The notes under the pieces are model-generated. The model did no database searches. It saw only the letters and a program-made list of their open reading frames with translations, and was not told the DNA's origin. Below are positions 41,869 through 47,948 of a stretch of DNA of 64,000 nucleotides, piece by piece. Within the stretch, counting starts at the first letter, position 1. Every line of letters starts with the position of its first letter. The stretch spans positions 110,695-174,694 of IMG/VR virus record IMGVR_UViG_3300017917_003388; one strand, given 5' to 3'. This DNA comes from a virus. The translations under genes and the position numbers were made by a program.

Positions 41869-41944
41869 CGGCTTATACGGGATTTGAACCCGTGATCTTC
41901 TGCGTGACAGGCAGACGGGGACGACCTGACTCCCCTAATAAGCC
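41869..41944 (-). tRNA. tRNA-Asp(GUC)
   Basis: Loop CTGTCAC, G73. Confidence 0.9.
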
Positions 41945-41949
41945 AATTG

Positions 41950-42023
41950 AGCAAGTAGACGGGATCGAACCGACTCTATTCCTGATTGGAAGTCAGGTGC
42001 ACCACCATTTATGCGTTACTTGC
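41950..42023 (-). tRNA. tRNA-Gly(UCC)
   Basis: Loop CTTCCAA, U73. Confidence 0.88.
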
Positions 42024-42031
42024 TTTTTTAG

Positions 42032-42104
42032 TACCCCCTGTAGGAATCGAACCTACGACATCTTGTATGTAAAACAAGCACTCTTCCAGCTGAGCTAAAG
42101 GGGC
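42032..42104 (-). tRNA. tRNA-Val(UAC)
   Basis: Loop TTTACAT. Confidence 0.9.
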
Positions 42105-42109
42105 ATAAG

Positions 42110-42185
42110 TAAGGTAAGTGGGATTTGAACCCACATGCTCTTCATCCCAAATGAAGCGAGATAAGCCTGATTCCTCTATTACCTT
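42110..42185 (-). tRNA. tRNA-Pro(UGG)
   Basis: Loop TTTGGGA. Confidence 0.85.
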
Positions 42186-42191
42186 ATAATG

Positions 42192-42264
42192 TGGATCTCC
42201 TCGGAATCGAACCGAGATTTCTTGTTCTTCAGACAAGCACATTGACCAACTCTGTCAAAGATCC
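42192..42264 (-). tRNA. tRNA-Phe(GAA)
   Basis: Loop CTGAAGA. Confidence 0.85.
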
Positions 42265-42270
42265 ATATAG

Positions 42271-42357
42271 TGGAAGTGGAGGGATTCGAACCCACAAGTT
42301 AACCCCAAAGGGACTAGTTTTACAGACTAGCGAACACACCAATTGTTCAACACTTCC
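42271..42357 (-). tRNA. tRNA-Tyr(GUA)
   Basis: Loop CTGTAAA, long variable arm. Confidence 0.88.
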
Positions 42358-42364
42358 ATTTTTG

Positions 42365-42435
42365 CGGTTCCCAAAGGAATCGAACCTTTGTATAAAGATT
42401 AACAGTCTTTTGTTCTACCATTGAACTAGGGAACC
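42365..42435 (-). tRNA. tRNA-Asn(GUU)
   Basis: Loop CTGTTAA, G73. Confidence 0.9.
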
Positions 42436-42879
42436 ATTATTTCTTATCTTTTCATGTTCTTCTCTATGACAATTAGAACATAATAAATCGCATTTATCTA
42501 CTTCTATTTTCATTTTCTCTAAAGAATATGAATTCGAAGATATTGAAAAATCTTTTTGTTTTGGATCTTGATGATGAAATTCTAAAGCAGATAAACACTT
42601 ATTATACCCACATTTAACACATTGGTTTCCTTTATATTCAAGTAATTTAATTTTAGTTCTTCTTTTCCAATTAATTACATTATTCACATTTTGTTTTTTT
42701 CTTTCTTGTTTAGATAATGGTATTCGTTTTTCTTTTTTTTCTTTTTTTACTAACTTTAAATTATGTTTATTTATATAATACCCAACTGTTCCTTTTTGAA
42801 TAGATAATAAATTACATATATCTTTAATTTTAATATTTTGTTTACGTAAATTTATTATTTGTTCTTCTATATTTTTCAT
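42415..42879 (-). CDS. HNH homing endonuclease inserted in the tRNA array
   Basis: N-terminal HTH; KGNQCVKCGY..C.SALEFHH.DP...KCDLLCSNCHREEH; 3' end overlaps tRNA-Asn. Confidence 0.88.
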   Translation of the reverse strand: MKNIEEQIINLRKQNIKIKDICNLLSIQKGTVGYYINKHNLKLVKKEKKEKRIPLSKQERKKQNVNNVINWKRRTKIKLLEYKGNQCVKCGYNKCLSALEFHHQDPKQKDFSISSNSYSLEKMKIEVDKCDLLCSNCHREEHEKIRNNGSLVQW

Positions 42880-42948
42880 TTTATTATAAATATATTAGAA
42901 CAATTTTAAATTCGATTACTCCTTTTATTTCATCATTTCAAAGATCTG

Positions 42949-43023
42949 TGATCCTGGAGGGACTCGAACCCACGTTTCCTACATTAAAAGTGTAGTGCCT
43001 ACAACCAACTCGGCCACAGAATC
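42949..43023 (-). tRNA. tRNA-Lys(UUU)
   Basis: Loop CTTTTAA. Confidence 0.88.
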
Positions 43024-43029
43024 ATTATG

Positions 43030-43103
43030 TAGTCAAAGTAGGACTTGAACCTACGACCTCTTGCTTATCAGACAAGCGCTCTAACCAACTGAGCTATATG
43101 ACT
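43030..43103 (-). tRNA. tRNA-Ile(GAU)
   Basis: Loop CTGATAA, canonical D/T arms. Confidence 0.92.
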
Positions 43104-43151
43104 ATGTATGGGTTTTATTTTATGTAGAAACCCAAACTCGTAAACTACATT

Positions 43152-43223
43152 TGGTGGAGCATGTGGGAATCGAACCCAAATAAATTGTTTGCAAAACAAT
43201 CCGCCTGCCTTCGGCATCACCCC
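43152..43223 (-). tRNA. tRNA-Ala(UGC), atypical D arm, encoded CCA
   Basis: G3.U70, loop TTTGCAA, ends CTCCACCA; D arm GCC-GAA-GGC. Confidence 0.7.
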
Positions 43224-43230
43224 CATATTG

Positions 43231-43315
43231 CGGAGAGTAAAGGATTCGAACCTTTGGACCAAATTAACGATCACAGTTTAGCAAACTGCTGCAATAACCA
43301 CTCTGCCAACTCTCC
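43231..43315 (-). tRNA. tRNA-Ser(GCU)
   Basis: Loop TTGCTAA, long variable arm, G73. Confidence 0.9.
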
Positions 43316-43321
43316 ATTTTG

Positions 43322-43408
43322 CGGAAGCGAAGGGAATCGAACCCCCAAGTCAGGTTTCCCCGACCAACTGTTTTCAAGACAGCCCCCTCGTCCATTCGGA
43401 CCACTTCC
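43322..43408 (-). tRNA. tRNA-Ser(UGA)
   Basis: Loop CTTGAAA, long variable arm, G73. Confidence 0.9.
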
Positions 43409-43415
43409 ATTTTAG

Positions 43416-43485
43416 CACGCCGTGTAGGAATTGAACCCACCCGCAAGAGTTTTGGAGGCTCTGCCGACCCATGTCTGAACGACGC
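43416..43485 (-). tRNA. tRNA-Trp(CCA), short D arm
   Basis: Loop CTCCAAA, G73. Confidence 0.75.
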
Positions 43486-43516
43486 GTATTAAAAAATTTA
43501 ACAATAAATTAAGAAC

Positions 43517-43548
43517 AAAAAAACCCGAACTTTTTTAGATTCGGGTTT
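43517..43548 (-). terminator. Intrinsic terminator (candidate attenuator) immediately upstream of the tRNA array
   Basis: AAACCCGAAT-CTAAAAAA-GTTCGGGTTT then TTTT. Confidence 0.8.
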
Positions 43549-43578
43549 AGTATAAAAATATAAATAAATTATATAATT

Positions 43579-43692
43579 TTAATAAACCGAATCAGGTGGA
43601 TGAATAAACCACGTCCCATTATCGACTTTAATCGACGGTTGATAAGTCGCAAGACTATCAAAATTAAAGGTATATAGTTTATAGTTTTTCAT
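43579..43692 (-). CDS. 37-aa candidate leader peptide MKNYKLYTFNFDSLATYQPSIKVDNGTWFIHPPDSVY
   Basis: Own translation; ATG ~18 nt after promoter motif; last codons complementary to the terminator 5' arm. Confidence 0.6.
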   Translation of the reverse strand: MKNYKLYTFNFDSLATYQPSIKVDNGTWFIHPPDSVY

Positions 43693-43709
43693 CTGTTTTT
43701 CTTTTATTA

Positions 43710-43740
43710 TAAATATATGAAAAGGATTTTGAAATCCAAA
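43710..43740 (-). promoter_or_regulatory. Bacteroidetes-type promoter driving leader + tRNA array
   Basis: TTTG-N19-TATATTTA, close to the Bacteroidetes TTTG-N19-21-TAnnTTTG consensus. Confidence 0.7.
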
Positions 43741-43759
43741 TTCTTTTTCTTTTTTTTAG

Positions 43760-43833
43760 TTGCGGGGGAAGGATTCGAACCTTCGACCTTTAGGTTATGA
43801 GCCTAACGAGCTGACCAACTGCTCTACCCCACA
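43760..43833 (-). tRNA. tRNA-Met(CAU), initiator-like
   Basis: TGTGGGG/CCCCGCA-A, loop CTCATAA. Confidence 0.88.
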
Positions 43834-43923
43834 TTGTTATTACTTATATTATTATATATTGATACATATTGTAAAAATTTTAAAAATAACCGACCTTGCT
43901 CGGTTAACACAATTGGTTTCTTG

Positions 43924-45531
43924 TTAAATCTCTATACTTTCAATTTCTTGAATAAGAGCTTTATAACCTTTACAATTAGCTTCAATTAGGTTAAAGATTT
44001 TATCTGACCAACCCGCAATCTGTAATACATTAAGTGATTTATCAAAAACTGATTTTCCACTAGTTTGTTTTATATCAACACAAATTGTATTACAATGTGG
44101 GTTTACTTTTTTAAATTCTTTAAACAATGTTTGGAACGAACCTAATCCAGCATCAGATGAATGATCCCATCCTCCACTACCTCCAGAACCTATAACCATG
44201 TCTGAAAATATTACTAGATTATCAACTCTGGTTTTTTCTTTAATACATCTATCTAAAAATATATAAAGTCCATTTTCAGTTCCTCCACCACATTTCACTC
44301 CTTCATTAAATGAATTTTTGTTAAATTCAAGTAAACCTTTTTTTCTATCAATTGGTATTTGGATTAATTTATCACCAAATAAACCCATATATACATTTCT
44401 TTGAGACCATGTTAACATGGAACCAAATAAATTACCAATCATAGCTGTTGTGGTTTTAGAAAAAGCAGATACTTTAGAACTTCCACCACCATCTCCTCTA
44501 ACAGAACCAGAATGGTCAATTAGTACAGCTGTTGTACCTTCAAGAGCTGGGATATTTTCAACAGAAAATTCTAATGCTTGTTCAAGAGCTGCTAATACTT
44601 TATCAACTAATGTATTTGTAGATGTAGATTCAAAAGTAATAGTTTTAGATCTAGATGAACCAGTATGTTTTAGTTTTTCGATTTCTTCATATGCTGTAGC
44701 AAATCTAAATGGTAATAATCTAGAATTGAGAACTTTATCTTTATTAGTCAAATGTGAAATAGCTTTATCAACTTGATCAGGAGCGGTTTCAATTATATTT
44801 CTAAGATTTCTCAATAGATTCATAATTGGTGCATCACCATCCAAAACTTCAGTAATAGCTGCTGCTTTTACTTCGGTTACATCTAAATTTTGTGATTTAG
44901 CAACTTGACCTGCTTTGGATAATTGCTTTTCCATAATTTTGGTAGAATATAATCCTTCCAATGATTCACCAGCAATTAATCTTTTAAAAGCTTCAAAGTT
45001 TTGTTTGGTAGGTTTAGGATGTACTAAGTTTACCAAATCAACAAGTGAAATCTCTTTTTTAGACATTTTATATTTGTCAATAAGATAAGGATCCATAGAT
45101 TCTAGTTTTTTCTTAAATCCACGTCTCATAGCATTAGCTATTTTTTTATTACCTTTTGAAAAATAATAAGCTAAAATCTCTGACATATCATCAGGACGAA
45201 CTGATACTTTCTTGTAAAAACGAGAAGCATATTCTTTTCCTGACAAACGTGGTGCTAATTCACCGGCTAAAAGATGAGTTACAGATCTCATATTAGCATC
45301 ATTTCTCAAATATATAGCTAACTTAGCTACAAAGTCTTCACTTACCTTATTTGCAGCATTTTTAATACGATTAACCACTTCGTTTTCTGATTCATAATAT
45401 GAACCTTGTAAGAATGTAGTTAAACATGTTGCTACAAGTTCTTCTTTTTCACTTAATTGATAAGCTTTTTCCCCCATTTCATTTACTGTTGTTGGAACAG
45501 TAGGAGTTTTAGATTTATTGTACTTTGACAT
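43924..45531 (-). CDS. rsr: Ro60/TROVE-domain RNA-binding protein (TROVE + vWA)
   Basis: N.MG.KAY, AIYLR...MRS, DKYK...SLVDLVNLVHPKP, LLRNLRNI, SRLLPFRF.TAY, vWA MIDAS IDHSGS, FSD, IAGWSDKIF. Confidence 0.92.
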   Translation of the reverse strand: MSKYNKSKTPTVPTTVNEMGEKAYQLSEKEELVATCLTTFLQGSYYESENEVVNRIKNAANKVSEDFVAKLAIYLRNDANMRSVTHLLAGELAPRLSGKEYASRFYKKVSVRPDDMSEILAYYFSKGNKKIANAMRRGFKKKLESMDPYLIDKYKMSKKEISLVDLVNLVHPKPTKQNFEAFKRLIAGESLEGLYSTKIMEKQLSKAGQVAKSQNLDVTEVKAAAITEVLDGDAPIMNLLRNLRNIIETAPDQVDKAISHLTNKDKVLNSRLLPFRFATAYEEIEKLKHTGSSRSKTITFESTSTNTLVDKVLAALEQALEFSVENIPALEGTTAVLIDHSGSVRGDGGGSSKVSAFSKTTTAMIGNLFGSMLTWSQRNVYMGLFGDKLIQIPIDRKKGLLEFNKNSFNEGVKCGGGTENGLYIFLDRCIKEKTRVDNLVIFSDMVIGSGGSGGWDHSSDAGLGSFQTLFKEFKKVNPHCNTICVDIKQTSGKSVFDKSLNVLQIAGWSDKIFNLIEANCKGYKALIQEIESIEI

Positions 45532-45570
45532 ATAACTTGGTTTTTAAAATTAATTAAACAAATTTAGAAT

Positions 45571-45616
45571 AAAAAAGGGAGAAACATTAATTATTTATTT
45601 AACTAATATTTCTCCC
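45571..45616 (-). terminator. Intrinsic terminator between Y-like RNA array and ro60
   Basis: GGGAGAAATATTAGTT-loop-AATTAATGTTTCTCCC + TTTTTT, ~40 nt before ro60 ATG. Confidence 0.8.
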
Positions 45617-45629
45617 AATTTAAAATTAA

Positions 45630-45772
45630 TTGATAGAGAATATTATAAAAGAGGTTTGTGTTTGACTATTTGGAAGATAGTTGCTTTTACCATTTAGCTA
45701 ATTTTTCCAATGCGGAAAAATATTGGATTCGAACCAATAATACGAAGTAACTCTTTTAATTACTACTATCAA
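45630..45772 (-). ncRNA. Y-like RNA 1: scaffold + circularly permuted tRNA-Gly(UCC) mimic
   Basis: TTGATAG/CTATCAA and AAAAGAG/CTCTTTT stems, GTAGTAAT and GTTACTTCG motifs; T arm, closed acceptor, D arm, CTTCCAA loop. Confidence 0.8.
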
Positions 45773-45781
45773 ATATTTTTA

Positions 45782-45868
45782 AACAAGAGAAAAAATAGAA
45801 TTGAGTGTTTGTTTGATTAATTGTCCAAAAATTAGTATACGAAGTAACTCAACTCATTACTACTTGTT
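45782..45868 (-). ncRNA. Y-like RNA 2: scaffold + single 7-nt-loop hairpin
   Basis: AACAAG/CTTGTT, GAGTTGAG/CTCAATTC compensatory stem, same motifs. Confidence 0.75.
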
Positions 45869-45879
45869 AAAATCTTAAA

Positions 45880-46010
45880 AAAAATAAGAGAAAAGATAAA
45901 AGAGTATATTTGAATTATCGACAGGGATCGAACCTGCAACTCATTTCTGAAAAGGAAATTGTGCTACCAATTGCACTACGAAGTAACTCTTTTGATTACT
46001 ACTTATTTTT
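45880..46010 (-). ncRNA. Y-like RNA 3: scaffold + linear D-anticodon(UUU)-T tRNA mimic
   Basis: Same scaffold; TAGTGCAATTGGTAGCAC, ATTTC-CTTTTCA-GAAAT, GCAGG-TTCGATC-CCTGT. Confidence 0.8.
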
Positions 46011-46035
46011 ATTTTTATTAATTGAATATATAAAT

Positions 46036-46100
46036 AAAGAACGTTTTTTTCTTAATTTCTTGATATTGTAAATATAAGATTAAAGATTTTGAAATCCTAA
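46036..46100 (-). promoter_or_regulatory. Promoter + boxA-like cassette (identical copy at 60316..60380)
   Basis: TTAG-N20-TATATTTA then CGTTCTTT; 65-bp exact repeat. Confidence 0.75.
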
Positions 46101-46138
46101 TTTTAATATCTTTTTTTAAAAAAAAATTTATTAACTAG

Positions 46139-46213
46139 TACTCCCGACGGGGCTCGAACCCGCAATTTCTACCTTGAAAGGGTAGCGGCTTAAACCAATT
46201 TGCCCACAGGAGC
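46139..46213 (-). tRNA. tRNA-Glu(UUC)
   Basis: CTACC-CTTTCAA-GGTAG. Confidence 0.9.
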
Positions 46214-46216
46214 GTA

Positions 46217-46384
46217 AAATTTAAAGAGAAACAAATAAAAGAGTATTTTTCTAAAAACGCGTGTCTACCAATTCCACCACCCCATAATTTGTTATCAATT
46301 AAGTTATGGGGGAAGGATTCGAACCTCCAATGTACGTGCTCCTAATGCAAGCGAAGTAACTCTTTTGATTACTACTTTAAATTT
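46217..46384 (-). ncRNA. Y-like RNA 4: scaffold + permuted tRNA-Leu-derived mimic
   Basis: 10-bp closing stem; T arm GGAGG-TTCGAAT-CCTTC, closed CCCATAA/TTATGGG acceptor, D arm identical to tRNA-Leu at 52184. Confidence 0.8.
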
Positions 46385-46388
46385 AAAG

Positions 46389-46464
46389 TTGCGGGGGTGA
46401 GACTCGAACTCACGTTATTTGGCTTATGAGACCAAGCTGGCAACCACCTCCAGACTACCCCACA
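46389..46464 (-). tRNA. tRNA-Met(CAU)
   Basis: TGTGGGG/CCCCGCA-A, loop CTCATAA. Confidence 0.82.
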
Positions 46465-46496
46465 ATTTTTATTTTAATAAATATTGTAATATTTTT

Positions 46497-46558
46497 AAAG
46501 AACGTATTTTCTTTTTTTCTTTATTGTAAATATAGGATTAAAGATCTTGTAATCCTAA
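46497..46558 (-). promoter_or_regulatory. Promoter + boxA-like element
   Basis: TTAGGATTACAAGATCTTTAATCCTATATTTA ... CGTTCTTT. Confidence 0.7.
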
Positions 46559-46893
46559 TTTAAATTTAACTTTCTTTTATAATATACATATATATTTTGT
46601 CGATATGAAGAATTTTATTTTTTAGTATTGGAGCGAGATACATATGTTATATCAAAGTTGGTATTTTGAAAAAACATATTAATAATTTGAGATATATAAT
46701 TATATATTGGTCGGGTTGAGAGGGGTGTATAAGATCTGAAAATATATCCAAGTCCCTGTCCCTGCCCCCAGCCCGCCGTATGGACCCCAGCATGCGTGGT
46801 AGCATATACCCATACCCATACGCACGTATGCATATATGCACCAGAAGAGATATGTCTTGTTTTTTACTTCATTCCTTAAAATTTACATTCGAC

Positions 46894-46922
46894 AAAAATG
46901 GGGCGCCATTACTGGCGCCCCA
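46894..46922 (-). terminator. Strong intrinsic terminator closing the early-gene block
   Basis: TGGGGCGCCA-GTAA-TGGCGCCCCA + TTTTT. Confidence 0.85.
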
Positions 46923-46947
46923 CCGAATTACCCCCAATTGATATTAC

Positions 46948-47121
46948 TCACCACAACCCCATGTTCCGCATTTTCCCAGGCATGATCATAATAATAATGG
47001 CTAAACATTCGCCACAACCAGCTACCCAGATAAAAAGATCAATATTAACAGTAACACAGGCATAAATGATGGCACTAACAAATGCAATCAAAATGATGAG
47101 GAGTAAATCAAATGTTTTCAT
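46948..47121 (-). CDS. Small membrane protein (57 aa, not in track)
   Basis: Own translation MKTFDLLLIILIAFVSAIIYAC...; own promoter copy upstream. Confidence 0.5.
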   Translation of the reverse strand: MKTFDLLLIILIAFVSAIIYACVTVNIDLFIWVAGCGECLAIIIMIMPGKMRNMGLW

Positions 47122-47174
47122 GGGTTGTTTTTTTATTTCGTTGATGTGAATATAAAACGTACCAACTTGTAATC

Positions 47175-47411
47175 CTAGCGTCTACGTTTTTTATTACATG
47201 TACGCCCGATGTTTACTACCTTCCATCCATGATGGCTCGAATAGTGTTTCTTTTGACGGCGTTTGCTTTTACGCTTGGTTTTATAATGTGGTGGGCCTGG
47301 ACACGGACGAACAGTATATTCAGTATTAACTGAATTAAAATCCATAGTGGTGTTTGCTTCAACATTACCACCCATGATTGCGATCATAATGATCAAAATG
47401 TATTTTTTCAT
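47175..47411 (-). CDS. Signal peptide + basic tail hypothetical
   Basis: ORF behind promoter copy. Confidence 0.55.
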   Translation of the reverse strand: MKKYILIIMIAIMGGNVEANTTMDFNSVNTEYTVRPCPGPPHYKTKRKSKRRQKKHYSSHHGWKVVNIGRTCNKKRRR

Positions 47412-47467
47412 AACCGTTTTATTTGTTGATGTGAATATAAAACATACAAACGTGTAGTCCTAATGTG

Positions 47468-47719
47468 TTAATCTTCTACATCTGATAGATAAGTCTGAAT
47501 AAATTCACTACAATCCATCCCAAATTCATTATCCATTATTTGAATGAGTTCATCCCAATTTTTACAATCACGAATGCGTTTAACCACATCCATATGATTG
47601 TTATATTGTTCATTAACTGTCATGTGTTCAGCAAAATATAGATAATTCGCTATCTCGGTTTCACTATTGGCAATTCTGGTTTTAACCAATTCCAATATCA
47701 ATCGATTTGTCTTGCTCAT
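47468..47719 (-). CDS. Hypothetical early protein
   Basis: Start MSKTN downstream of promoter copy. Confidence 0.55.
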   Translation of the reverse strand: MSKTNRLILELVKTRIANSETEIANYLYFAEHMTVNEQYNNHMDVVKRIRDCKNWDELIQIMDNEFGMDCSEFIQTYLSDVED

Positions 47720-47948
47720 CGTTTTAAATTTGTTGAGATGAATATATGTGTTATTACTTGGTATGCCCAGTAAATCCACTAAACATCAATTTAACAATTA
47801 TTGAACAAACTAGTAGTTTGATTCCGAGTGATACTGCAAAAACCATTTGTCTTGTTTTTATTCGTTTTTATATAACTAAATATATAGACAAAAATAGGGT
47901 AGGCCTAATGACCTACCCTAATTTAATCTCAACCGGGATTTAATTTTA

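Noticed and set aside
41787-43446. ORFs 41787..42098, 42009..42242, 42191..42424, 43068..43274, 43161..43415, 43264..43446
   Set aside because: They overlap tRNA genes and are translation artefacts.
43550-43700. T-box riboswitch upstream of the tRNA array
   Set aside because: No T-box consensus (AAGGUGGNACC) or Stem I specifier architecture recognised; the leader-ORF model fits better.
45630-46384. CRISPR array (repeated CGAAGTAACTC...ATTACTAC with variable spacers)
   Set aside because: Repeats are bipartite pairing stems, spacing is irregular, the inserts are tRNA-like and no cas genes are present.
46615-46841. ORFs 46615..46833 and 46647..46841 (and 53530..53956)
   Set aside because: They lie in low-complexity non-genic DNA with atypical composition and no promoter copy.
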